A DNA stretch of 64,000 nucleotides from Microthyrium microscopicum (taxonomy: Eukaryota). The notes beneath the pieces are model-generated. The model worked only from the letters and a program-made list of their open reading frames with translations. It did not search any database and was not told the origin of the DNA. The position numbers and the translations under genes were made by a program. The stretch is from assembly GCA_010405405.1 (NCBI GenBank), contig MU004240.1, positions 882,316 to 946,315 of the forward strand, given 5' to 3'. Numbering within the stretch: position 1 is the first letter of the stretch; every line of letters starts with the position of its first letter. Shown in pieces: positions 1 to 12,578 of the stretch.

Positions 1-201
1 CAGGATATGAAGTCTGAGCGGCTATATATTGTAGCAGCTAAGTAGGACGTCGTGGATGCGGAAGCCAGAACCCTGCATGCGCGCCGTACATGTGCCAAAC
101 GGAGCTAAATCCACCAGAAGCGGTGGTATTTGGTTCCGATCATTTCAGAGCTTGAGAACCTTACCGTGCTTACTTACCTCATCTACAAAATCTTTCTAAC
201 A

Positions 202-1750
202 ATGGCCGATATCTTCGACTTTGGATCCCTTGAAACTCCGCTTTCTGAAAAGACGGCACAGAAATTGGACAGTGAACATGGAATTTCTCAGCGCGAACAT
301 TTCGTGATTCCGACGCAAGCCGATCTAAAGAGGCGAACCATCACAGCATCCAAAAATGGTATGTGCAAAAAACCGATGTCTCTGAACCTCTAAAACCAAA
401 AGCATATTACTAATCGACACGCCAGACACTGCTCAGGAAAACCACAAATCCTCAATATACGTCTGTGGCAATTCCCTAGGTCTACAGCCAAAATGTACCA
501 AGACATATATCGAGCGCTACCTCTCCACCTGGAGTACACAAGGAGTCTACGGGCATTTCAAATCACTCGACGATGAGCTCACGAAACCATGGATGAACAT
601 TGACGACCAAGCCAGCGCCGCCATGGCACCCATCGTCGGCGCCACCCCCAACGAAGTCGCCGTCATGGAAACACTGACCGCCAACTTACACTTCCTGCTC
701 GCCAGCTTCTACAAGCCCACCGCATACAAATACAAGATCCTCATTGAAGGCAAAGCATTCCCAAGTGACCACTTTGCTGTGCAAAGCCATCTCGCGCAGC
801 ACAACTACTCTGCCCGCGAAGCACTCGTGCTTCTGGAACCGGATGATAGTGACAAACACTATTTTTCTACACAGCATATTCTAGACACTATCACTGAGCA
901 CGCTGGATCGCTGGCTCTTATTCTACTGCCAGGCATTCACTTCTACAGCGGCCAATTCTTCGACATCAAAAACATCACTGCGCACGCTCACGCACACAAC
1001 GTTCTCATCGGCTGGGATCTCGCGCACGCAGCTGGTAATGTCCCTCTCCAACTACACGACTGGGACGTTGATTTCGCCGCGTGGTGCACGTATAAATACC
1101 TCAACAGCGGACCAGGCTGCATCGGCGCACTATTTGTGCACGACCGCCACACCGCAGTCGCGAACTCACCGGAGAAGGCATTAGAGAGTAGTAGTGCGCC
1201 TAATGATGTGTTGACGGGTGGTCTTGAGGCGGAGAAACGCTTTGGTTTTCGTCATCGGCTATGTGGTTGGTGGGGCAGCAGTAAGACGACGCGGTTTGAG
1301 ATGGATAATGTGTTTGTTCCGATTGCGGGTGCGGCTGGGTGGCAGGTGAGTAATCCGAGTGCGTTGGATACGACGAGCGTACTTGCGAGTTTGAGTGTGT
1401 TTGAGCGCGCAGGTAGTGTTGTGGAGTTACGGAAGCGGAGTGTGTTGTTGACGGGGTACTTGGAGTATTTGCTGCTCAACTGGCCGACAGTAGATGGCGG
1501 ACAGCGGCCGTATACGCTGCTGACGCCGGTGAACCCGGAGGAGCGCGGAGCACAGATTAGTGTGCGGCTGGATCCGGGGTTGCTGGATGGTGTGGTGGTG
1601 GATTTGGAGGCAGAGGCCGTGGTGGTGGATGAGAGAAAGCCGGATGTTATTCGAGTTGCGCCGACGCCGCTTTACAATACGTTTAGCGATGTATGGAACT
1701 TTGTGGACATTTTGTCACGGTCACTGGAGAAGCGTAGGAAAGCATCATAA
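202..1750 (+). CDS. BNA5: Kynureninase (PLP-dependent)
   Basis: Exons 202-358 and 426-1750 (GTATGT...CAG intron). The spliced protein has YVCGNSLGLQPK, AFPSDHF, GWDLAHAAGN, WCTYKYLNSGPG (PLP lysine) and DERKPDVIRVAP. Confidence 0.95.
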
Positions 1751-1881
1751 GCGAATAAGTTTCTTCAGTATAGCATTAGCGAAGAATAGACAGACACACA
1801 ACTCATATATCCAAACCGAATTGCGCCGCCGAATGAAAATGCAACAGTCATACACAAAACGCCTGAGAGAAGCAACCGACG

Positions 1882-4800
1882 CTATGCCTTGCGCGCAAAG
1901 GCAAACAAGTTATCCATCTGCACCCACTGGCGACCATTACGGTCCAGATATCCCTTAACCACATCGCGCGCCGTTTCAAAGCGCTGGCGATTACACTCGG
2001 CGAGCACAAGGGTCTTATCCTTGACTTCGCGATCGACCACCAGTGCCGCATTGCTCACTCGCTCCTTGACCTTCTCTACATCAAAGACGGTCGAGAGGTA
2101 CAGTATCTGGTTGTAGAGCGCCTTCTCCGTAAACTCGTATTGCATCTTGCCTGCGCATCCAGAGCCTAGACCCTTGGGCCCAAGACAGCGATGGCCGTAG
2201 ACGCGCATTTGCCGCGTGCGCTGGCCGCATGTCGTGGAATCGTCACAGACTAGCCAGCCAGCATAGTAGCGCGCAACATGCTGCCGAATTTGCGCGTCGA
2301 GTTGGGCGGCGATGCTGAGATTGGGTAGGACAGCGCCGCAGGACTCATACGGACATGCCAGGCCGTCGTGCACAACGCGCGTAGCTGTTGGCTCTTCGGG
2401 GGTGGCAGTCATGGACGGTGCGATGCCACGGAATGTGGAGAGAGTTTTACAGGCGCGACATCGTAGGAAGAGAGGTGCGGCGTCCTTGAAGCGGACGGAG
2501 TCAGGGATTTGTGATTCAAGTGGTTGCAGTTCAGCTTCTACACGGGTCTCGTTGGAGACAGTGCTGACGCGATACTTGGATGTATCTAGTCCGAGACAGT
2601 CTGCAAGCTGGGTGACGTTGGTGCCAGATATTGGTGCACATAGACGTTCCACGGGCGGTAGGATCTGCTTGTGAAGATAGTATTCGATATCTGTAGACTT
2701 CGTTAGTACAATATTATAGATCGACGGTTGCATTTCTTACCAGGTTTTAGTTCTGAACCGACTTTGAGGAATTCGTCGAGTGGGAATGCATTTTGTGCTG
2801 CTTTCTCATTTGATCCAGCATGATCTCCTGAAATCACGAAAGACATGACATCTTTTGCTTTGACTTTCTTGCCTTTTGCCATCAGTTTCAGTGCCACTTG
2901 GACTGATGGCATACTGTTGCCATTAGGATAATCTTTCGGATCTTTGCCTAATTGCTATTTCTAGTTAGAGAGGACCTGCTGCAAAGTAGATTGAACATAC
3001 CGTGTAGATCATGTATTTCTGGACAGGAATCTTGTATTCACGCATGTTGGTAGCAAGTTGGCGTAAATGGTCGTGAACCTCGGCCACCACCTCGTCCGGC
3101 TCTTTTCCAGACAGTAAGAACTCGAGTAGTTTGGTCGAGGTTTCTTTGGACAACATGCAATACTCTCGACGTCGCATGTCCAGTCCTTTGACCTCAATCT
3201 TCTCTACAAACTTTCCATCAACTTCAATGACATTGAGTGCAGCATACTTCTTCTTGGCATGAAGTAGTAGCCGGCGAAATACATTGTCAATATCAATCTC
3301 AAGGAGTTTGTAGCGATCATTGACGGCTTTTTTGAACTCGCGTCCGAACTTGAGAGCTTCTGGAATGGTATCCATATTGGTGTTGATCATGACAGAGTCA
3401 GTGTCACCATAGATGACACGCAACTGCATTTCCTCTGCCAGATCTTTAGTGCTTCTGAGAATTTCACGACCCTTGAAGGTGGTGAGAACCGCAAGAGGAC
3501 GGGCGTAGAAGCGAGATTTGGTATAACCCAAACAGCCGTACATGGAATTTGCTGTGAGCTTGAGTGCCAACTGCTTGATATCCCATGTGGCGAGCTGATC
3601 AGGAGATGCTTGGGGATCTTTCATGAGTTTCTTGACTTCGCGACGTCGCTTAACAAGTGTTGAAATGAGCTTTGGCAGGATTCCAAGATCTTGATCCGCG
3701 GGTACTTCAGGCACTTTGTCGTCTTCCTCTGAGAGATCAGACCGCTCGACTGTGGTAAAGCAGATGTTGTACTCCTGAATGATGCTTGGATACAAACTGT
3801 TGAAGTCCATGACAAGGATGCATTTGTCGTAAAGACCTTTTTCGGGCTCAAAGACGAGACCACCCTTGAACTTGTCTTTCTTCTTTGCATCGGTGCCTTC
3901 TTCGTTCTCTTCGTCCTCAGTCTTGACTTTGGCTTTGCCCCACGCCTTGTCTGGACAGATGAATTTGTTTTTGTTAAACTCATGTAGCAGAATATACTCA
4001 TTTCGCTCCGCTCGAGTACCACTCAGGGTTCTCGCCCAGGAATTGCCAGCAAGGTTGGTGAGTTGCTTACTGAGAGCGAGCATCTGAACTTTGAGTGCGA
4101 TTGCAGCAATGAAATGGGTGTCTGCTTCACAATGGGTGAGATATTGCATCAGGCCCTGTCTTGTGGTAGCCCAAGTTTTGAGTGCTTGCTCGTTGTCGAT
4201 TTCGCGGCGAGTTTCACGGAGGATGAGATCGCACATCTCGCTGAGACTCCAAGACTGGCATTTAGTCATAAGAGACTTTCCGAGATCGTTAGCAAGATCG
4301 CAGAGCAAGCGACCAGCAACGATTTGTCGTTCGGAGAAGTTGCTACCACCACGACCCATAGTCTTTGGCCAGTCACTTCGTCTAAGACGACCGATACGAT
4401 GCCAGCCCGGTGTCTTTCTCTCCTTTAGACGATTGAGGAGAATCGGAATGTCCACATCGTCGAGCTTGTGACCCATGAGAACATCAGGGTCAGCATTTCC
4501 CAAGGCTGCCATGAACTTTGAAAGCAGAGCTGATTCGGTCTTTTCCATGCCAATGAAGCCTTTATGGTGCGCTAATTCATCTTGGAAACCAATCGGATAA
4601 TGACCTTCGATGGGTCTCATGATTGTGAATGTTTTTGAGGGCAGTCTCTCGGCTGGTGTAGTATCGGCTAGTGAAATGTTTTCGTAGATTCGTGCACTAG
4701 CAATGAGAATCTCTTGCTTATTCGCTGAGGCATCGAAGGTCGTTCGGAACGACATACTCATCAATGTTAGAGGAGGAGCCTGCAATTCTTCAGACTCGGG

Positions 4801-6445
4801 TGCAGCGTTTATCAGTGCTGGGTTGTCGACCTGAAGCTCAAGCTTACACCAAGAGGCATTGGTGACAGCATTGAAGTTGGCCCCTTCAATCTTGAGCCAG
4901 CAAGGACCCATGATATTCTTCCAAAGAACAAACTGTTCGAACATTGACGTATTGGCACCAAAGACGTGGGAGAATGTTTCTCCAGTAGTATCAGTTGGAA
5001 TAGGAGGATTGTCGTCTCCTTTGCTGTATGGATAAAATGTCTTGAGATATTCGGCCTCTTTGGGAACGTTTGGAAGCTCGAAAGCATACTTGCGAGTTGC
5101 AAACTTGCACTTGAACTCGGCGATGCGCTTTCTCGACATGAGTTCGTTGACTTCAGCGTAGACGTCTCCTTTTGAAACCTCCTCGCGGGTGTCAATACCA
5201 CTCTTCACTCGAGTCTCGCGTGGAAGGAAATATAGCTTTCGCTTGATGTTGTCAATTTTGAGGAAACAGCTGACGTATTTGTCAGTAGCTTTGTCCTTGA
5301 CTTTGCCGAACAGGCATAGACTGCCTTTGACTTCCACAAAGTCGAACCAAAACATGCGCACGCTACCATCTTCCTCTATAGCAGACTCATGATCAAGCTT
5401 GCCAAAAGAAGGAGCAGTTGATGTCGCAGGGCTGCTGAGCACGTTCAGCTTGCTCGTGACAGATGTCCAGGCGGTAGCGTCAACGGCATCGCTCGCGGGT
5501 CCCGATGGAGATGAGCTCACTGGGGTGGGATAGATGGATTTTTTGAGAGCCTTGGGAACTGGACGGCTTCCAGACATGTTTACTGAGGCAGCACTTGTAG
5601 TACCGACTGCCTGAGTGATTTCCATCATATCATAGTCTTCTTCCTCCTCCTCCTTGATAACAGGCTGCATTTTGCGTTCGACAGCTTTAGTAACTGGAGA
5701 GGAGGGTAGAGGATCACTCATTGGGACATCATCGTCTGCGGCTTGAAGAACAAAGTCGTCATCGTCCATCATGGGAGCATTTTCAATCTCCGAATCTGGA
5801 TTAATCGCTTCGAATGGTTCCTGAATTCGTACTTTCTTGGTTTTAGGTTTGGCTTCGTCAAGGGATGGAGACAAGACTCGAGTCTTCCGGCGTGATTGAT
5901 CCCGCACAGGCTTTGTACGAGACATTGGGCGATGGCTGTTGACATTAACATCAACCTCGCCCAGTAGATCGTTCATGAATGCATCGTCGGCCTCGGTAAC
6001 TTTTGGCACTGCCTTTGGCTTGGGAGCCATGGCGGCAGCTTTGGCACTGAAGTATTTGCTAATGCCATTGTTGACCTTTTCTTTTCGTTCGCGATCTTCT
6101 TCACGTTTCCGCTTGGCTATGACACCGTTAGTGAGAGGAGTAGATATGAGGGGGAGGTTTCATACCACCATGCTTGCCAGGTCGACGAGAATCCTCCTCA
6201 CTTTCACTCGCATACTGTTCATTCTCGTCCCACTCCTCTCGACCATCGTCAGCATATCCGGCACCATTATCGTCAACTACAAAGTCATCTTCGTCCAAGC
6301 GTTTGCGGACAATTTTCTTGTAGTCCTCGTCGTCTACTTCGTCGTATACGGCAATATCTTCCTCGACTTCAAAGTCGTCAAGTTGTGAACGTCCTGATTT
6401 TCGAGCTGCACGGAGTTGCGCAAGAGCAGCAGCTCGAGAAGCCAT
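1882..6445 (-). CDS. POL1: DNA polymerase alpha catalytic subunit
   Basis: Exons 6445-6166, 6116-3001, 2954-2741, 2690-1882. Family B motifs MDFNSLYPSII, KLTANSMYGCLG and YGDTDS; N-terminal DDFVVDDNGAGY; C-terminal Cys zinc fingers. Confidence 0.97.
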
Positions 6446-6527
6446 GGTTGGTGAAGAATAATTGTGTGGATAATTGGGAGTGCAGAATAGAAGAGTTGAT
6501 CTCAAGATGTCAATTAAAGATTGGGAA

Positions 6528-6558
6528 GTCGCGACCTGGACGCGACATTTGGACGCGT
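6528..6558. promoter_or_regulatory. MCB-like cell-cycle boxes in the POL1/REX2 divergent promoter
   Basis: ACGCGT at 6553-6558, plus ACGCGA and TCGCGA variants within 30 bp, about 110 bp upstream of the POL1 ATG. Confidence 0.55.
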
Positions 6559-6703
6559 TGAGCTGCCACGCTAGTCTCAATTAGCACTAGACTTCCCCAG
6601 TCCTCCCCCTCCACGCTTTCCAAATAATCATGAATTTGCTCGGGCATTATTTGTTCTGCACCAATTGTTTGTAAACTTTCGAAACCTCTTGAAAAGCCGC
6701 TTT

Positions 6704-7529
6704 ATGCTGATGAGATTCTTTTCATCATCTAGAACCATTCTTCGCCCACAATACCTGCCATACAAGTCTTTGCGCATTCAATTTAGAAAAACCAGTCTTC
6801 TATCCGAGCCAGCCATGGGAGAGAAAAGCTCAAAGCAACCATTGGTGTGGGTAGATTGCGAGGTATGTTCACCAAATTTAAGGCGCATTACTTGAACTAA
6901 CTATGTCAAAGATGACCGGGCTCGATATCATAAACGACGAAATCATACAAATCGCATGCTACGTAACAGATCATGATCTCAACCTTCTCGAAGAATCCGG
7001 CTTCGAGACCGTCGTCCACCAGCCAAAAGAGAAGATGGATGCAATGGGCGACTGGTGCATAAAGACACACGCAAAGACAGGTCTCACCGAGCGAGTACTC
7101 TCCTCAGAAGTCACACCCGAATCCGCGGCCGAGAGCCTTCTACAATACATCCAGAAATACATCCCAGACGCAGGCAAGGCGATCTTGGCTGGCAACTCTG
7201 TGCACTACGACAAGGAATTTCTGCGCAAGGGACCATACGTATCGACGCTCAATCATCTGCATCATCGGATTCTAGATGTGAGTAGTATCAAGGAAGCAGC
7301 GCGACGGTGGTCTGCCCCGCATATCGTAAAGAAGGTACCGAAGAAGAAGGGGACCCATGAGGCGAGACAGGATATATTGGAGAGTATTGAAGAAGCAAGA
7401 TACTATCGCGATGTGCTTTTCAGATCTCAGGTTGCGAATGAGGATGAATCAAAAGCAGAGCAATCACAACCGAAGCAGCCAAAGCAGAAGAAGGCCAAGA
7501 CTGAACATCCAACCACAACAGCAACATGA
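6704..7529 (+). CDS. REX2: Oligoribonuclease (DEDDh 3'-5' exonuclease); upstream ATG may add a mitochondrial presequence
   Basis: Exons 6704 (or 6815)-6862 and 6912-7529. Motifs LVWVDCEMTGLD, LAGNSVHYD, HRILDVSS and HEARQDILESIEE. Confidence 0.93.
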
Positions 7530-7563
7530 GCTCACTGAGCTCGTGGTGCTGTTATATTGGATA

Positions 7564-10500
7564 CCGTAGAAATCCAACAACATGTCCGCAAGGTAGCCAA
7601 TCGATTCAGCCAAAACAGGGTGTTGAGGAGGATAGCGCGCTAGAGGGCGTTGAAAATATAGCGCTAGTAATTTAGGTAGTATCTATTTTTGACGCCCTAA
7701 TGTTAGCGCTAAGCAAGCTATTTTGATAGATTTTGACGTTTTTAAAGATAAACTAACCTACTTTAAGCAGAATATTATTATTTTAACGATAAAGGTGTAT
7801 TTATTATAATTAGGCTAAAGCCTTGCATAGAACTTTATATATAGATTTTGCTATAAAATTCTATCTTCTTCTTTAATCTAATTAAAAGCTTTAAATATCT
7901 ATTATCTTAACTTAATCTAATTAAAAAATATTAAAATTAATATCTACAACTATGCTAAAGGTACTAAAAGAAGTATGCTAGTTATAATAAGTGCTATTAG
8001 CTAAACTAGACCTAAATATTATAAGGACGAATTATCTACGTCCTTTAAGGGCAAAACTATATACTAAAAAAAGTAAGGGATTTAATCTTTAAAAGGTTAT
8101 TACTATTACTCCTAAATTTAAGTTATTTAACGCTGCTTTAGTTTAACTATAGATAGAAGTAGTAGCATAAATACTATAATAGTATTATATACTATCTCCT
8201 AGTGAATAGTAATACCTACTACTAGAAGGTATAAAATAGTATAAATGTCTAGATATAAATTAATAGTGGCGTACTAATATAGCTATTAAAGCTACTTAAT
8301 ATTACGCGTTAAATAAAAGAACTATATAGTAGTAATAGTATTAGCGCTAGTTATTATAGTTAATTCCGTATATAAGCTATTAAGTTAAGCGTCTAGATAT
8401 ATAGAGGGAGTACTTTCTTAGACTTAAAGATATTGTTTATATATAGTACTATAAATAGCGAGCTAAAAAGAAGTCTATAGGTACTCGTTAACTACTTTAG
8501 AAAGCTAAGGCGTTATACCCTTATATTTATACTGCTAAAATTAAGACTTAAGAGATACTAGCAATCTATTAATTCTTATAAAGCTAGCTTTATAAGCACT
8601 TAAAGCGCTTCAAAATTGTATAAAGGAAGGTAACTCGCGTAGCTTAGAAACTACCTAATAAATAGGTTCCTTAGTATAGCAATCTTATTAGATTTATAAA
8701 GCTTATAACGTATAGGGCCATAGCGCTAGCTAGTAGTCTTTAAGTAAATATTAATATAGTATTAGATAAGGAATTAAAAATAGTAGTATCTACCTATTAA
8801 ATTATTAATATAGACAAGATGCTAATATCTTTTTGCAACTTTAGTAGTTATACTTTGGTAGATGTAGAGTTAAAGACAATTGCGATTTATACTTATAAAG
8901 ATAAAGATAATAAACGTTAAATAACGATCGTATTAGTAATAACGGCTAATAGTACGCTTTAAATTCCGCTACTAATTATCTTCTACGGTACTACTAATAA
9001 AGATAAAGGTCGTATCTTAAAGACTAAAGGTACGTTCTATAACTAAGAAGTATTTATTAAATATAATAAGATAGCGTAGAATAATAAGGATATTATATAG
9101 TAGTAGTTAGAATATTATTATCTTAGAAGATTAGATGTAGTAGTAAAGGGTCCTAAAGGGCCTTTAGAGGGGTCTAAATAGTCTAAAGATATTCCGTCTC
9201 CTTCTACCTTAGGTAATTCCTCTCTTATACCTTCCTAAAATAGAAATATTTTAGTACTAACTATAAGATCTAAAGCTTAATTTAACGATATCTCTTCTAA
9301 AATTAAGCCCTACTAGTACCTCTTTAATATCTTATACCTTTTTAATATTTTTAATATTTTCTACTTCTTTAATATTTATAATATATACTTCTAATCCTTC
9401 TATTCTTATTATAGACGCCTTCTCTACTTATAAAATAACTACTATTAAGTAATAGTATAAAGACTATAATATTGTTATTACTATCGTTCCTCCTAGTTAT
9501 ATATTTAAAATTTAACTGCTTAACGTTAGCGTAAATAAGCTATTTAAATAACTTGTTAAGGACCTTTAAGACTTATAGGCCCCTATATTCTATATATAAG
9601 AGTGCTTTAAGGATATAAATATTAAAGATTTAGACCCCCTTAATTAGAATATATCTTAATATTAAGTATTTATAATATATATTATAGTAGAAGCCTAGCA
9701 ATGAATTTACTTTAATAACTCTCTAATAATTAGACGCTTATTTACTACTATAGGGTTAAATACTATACTTAAAAACGTTATTATGGATAAGAAGAACAAC
9801 ATTAGTATTAAAGATTTAATATTACTATTAGACCTTTTAAACTAATATGCAATAAAGTAAGAATCTATTAATATTCTTAGTACTAGTAAAGATAAAGAGT
9901 AAGAAGAGATAAACGACCCTAATATTAAAGCTAAAGATGTTAGTAATAATAATAGTAGGGAATACTACGATAAAGAAGAAGTTAAGGGTTATATTCCTCT
10001 ACCTATTAACGAAGATAAAGTTATAGTAAATTTATCCTTTATTAAATTAATAGAAGATATATAGCAAAATCTATATATAAACGACCTAATACTTGTATTA
10101 TTACTAATTATCTTACTGTATCCTAACCCTTAGCTTAACCCTTAGCCTAATTACTAGATTCCTTTACTAAAGGATTTTAAGTAGTATTACTACTATCTTT
10201 ACTAAAATTAATAGGTAATTAAGCCGTCTAATAGCCTCTCCTAAAATGGATTACTTAGTAAATACGAAGAGTTCTATCCTACTAAGATTTAGTATCTAAC
10301 TACCTCTTTATTACTAATATTAATACTAGTATTCTAGTATCTAGGGCTTCTTTAATCTAACCCCTATCTTATTAAACGACCTAGCTAAAATATCTATCTT
10401 TAGTATTTAATAGCAATATTCTATTATTAATAAGACTACTTAAATTAGTAGTTAGACGTTAAATTAGGCAGTATTCTTAGCCTATAGTAAATATAGATAA

Positions 10501-10800
10501 GTAATAAAAATCGTAGGTAATATCTACTCTATGTTAGTATTAAAAATATGCTTTAAAAGCATTACTTATATATAATACTATATCTTCTTATTCTTACTAT
10601 TTTATACTAATAAAGATATTATTATATAGCTTTAATTTTAGGTATTTAGTAGATTTAGGGATAAGAACGCTATTATAGCTTTTAGCGTTCCAAAAATAGA
10701 TTACTATAAAATTACTATAGGGGGCATTTCTACAGAAATCGCCCTAAAAACGCCTCTCTAGCGCCCTCAACCTTGCAGACATGTTGTTGGATTTTTACGG
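7564..10800 (+). mobile_element. RIP-inactivated pogo-like (Tc1/mariner superfamily, DD35D) DNA transposon
   Basis: 30-bp TIRs CCGTAGAAATCCAACAACATGTCCGCAAGG at 7564-7593 and its reverse complement at 10771-10800 (2 mismatches), with TA on both flanks. Interior is very TpA-rich and CpA/TpG-poor. Reverting RIP gives N(M)D(E) near 8807, (M)DAFS at 9411 and (QP)L(D)V(G)VNK(P)FK at 9513. D2 at 9414 and D3 at 9522 are 36 codons apart, i.e. D35D. Confidence 0.9.
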
Positions 10801-12578
10801 TACTCGGATGTAACAACGGTAGGTAGACTTCATCTAGATTCAGCTGGGTGATAGTGCATTTTAGTAGAAGCAAAAACCACTAATTCTTGGACTGGCATCC
10901 AGTTGATTGGATGATCGGACCGCGTATAACGTGAATAGAATAGAAGTAGGACGACCCAAATAAGCGCGCATAATTTCGGATAGAACAATGGGCGCGCTGT
11001 CAATCATTTGTGGTGGTTGAAATACCTTAATACGGGTGCCTTTCAATCACATTCAATAGTCAGGGCACTGTATGATATCAAGAGCCATGCCACTTCGTTT
11101 CCAATCATCGCGCGTCGCTTGGGGAGTGCTGTTATATTTGAGAGGCGATAAAAAAGCTTCAAAATGGAGTTTCAGAACAGGAAAGGTGCCGGAAGGACAT
11201 TTGCCGCGTGCTGTAAGCATCAAACGCAGGTTCAAGTCGAAACAGGCAAATTTATCATGGCCTTGGAGGACCTGAAAGCTAAAACAGGAACGCGACACGA
11301 CCGGCTAAGGTTGTGCTTGTGAGAGAGCAACGTAACCCCAGCGTAATCCAGGGGTGTAATTCCAATAGTACAACCTTCCCTGTGGCATCTGTGCTTTGCG
11401 AGGGGAAATGATATAGGTAGGGCTGAAGACTTAGAAGAAGGGAAGATAGTGATCAGAATAATTGAATGGAGGTTTGAAATAATTTGAAGCGTTGAAAATA
11501 TGCTAAAACATGAGGCTCGCGGCAAATGCATACCTACCTAGCAAGCAACCAACAACAACGGGACGGAAACAGCAACTGGTAAGCGTCAAGGAACATCTGA
11601 ATCAGTGGAGAGGTTGCAGATGCTGGCGAATTTTGATAGGGATGAGCATGTCTTGGGGGGTGCTTAAGTCATTTTAGGAGAGGACTGACGGATAGACTGC
11701 AGGGACCTTATTCAACGGAACAGGCGCGATTGGTCAGAGTCAGTTTGCATAGCCTCGCTCATACGTAACACCCCTGGCGACGGAGGTTCGATTTGCATGG
11801 CTCTGATCCAAATCTAGCCAACCAAACCACCGTCTAGTCGCCTCTTGTGTGAGCCCACCAACAATGAATTCTCTGTGGTGTTGGAGAGTCCAGCAAAAGC
11901 CCAGCCATTTCAGTCCACTCAGTCGCGGGCAGGTGCGGCAGTCGTCATTCCCTCTTTGGTCTTGGCCCACCTGCTGCACCTGCTGCACCTGCCCAGAGAA
12001 ACAAGGTCTCCCTTTGCTCTTTCCCTCCAATCTCCTGCCCAGTTGCCCTTCCAGCGGTTCCCCAGCCCTTCTCTCAGCGACAAGCGTGCAGCATCCCAAT
12101 TCGGCTGACTCAACACTTCCCAACTGATCAAGATTCTATCTCGTCTTTCGTTTACAACCTCCCTTCATACTCTCTCAAACAAACCACCATCCTCCATCTC
12201 CGCCGTTATCCTCTGTCGTCTACTCATCAACAACGTTCGCTGTCTAGTGCTCCCATTACACCAAGTTTTTCGATTTCCCACTCGCTCCCATACTCTGCCG
12301 TTCGATCACCGATGCGAGCGGCAGGAGTTGACTTCCTCGTTACCCGCCTTTCACGACATTAACAATTCATTGCTCTCTCACCTAGTAACTTCCTGGGCAC
12401 GCTCGCTTCTCAACTAGATTCGCCTAATTTGAGACTCTCTTCTCCCTCCGCCGGCTCCGGATCACATTTCGCGTTTCAGAATTCCGACTCCATAGTTTGG
12501 TTCTCCTTTGCCTTCAACGCCAACTCCCCGGCGACTTATTTTATAATTGTCTAATTGACAACATCAACAAACCTCAAG

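Noticed and set aside
10121..10150. Telomere-like CCTAACCCTTAG repeats
   Set aside because: A 12-bp tandem inside a RIP-mutated transposon, not a TTAGGG array.
11780..11800. GGTTCGATT T-loop-like motif (similar one at 21274)
   Set aside because: No cloverleaf can be formed; no tRNA, 5S rRNA or snRNA gene was recognised in the window.
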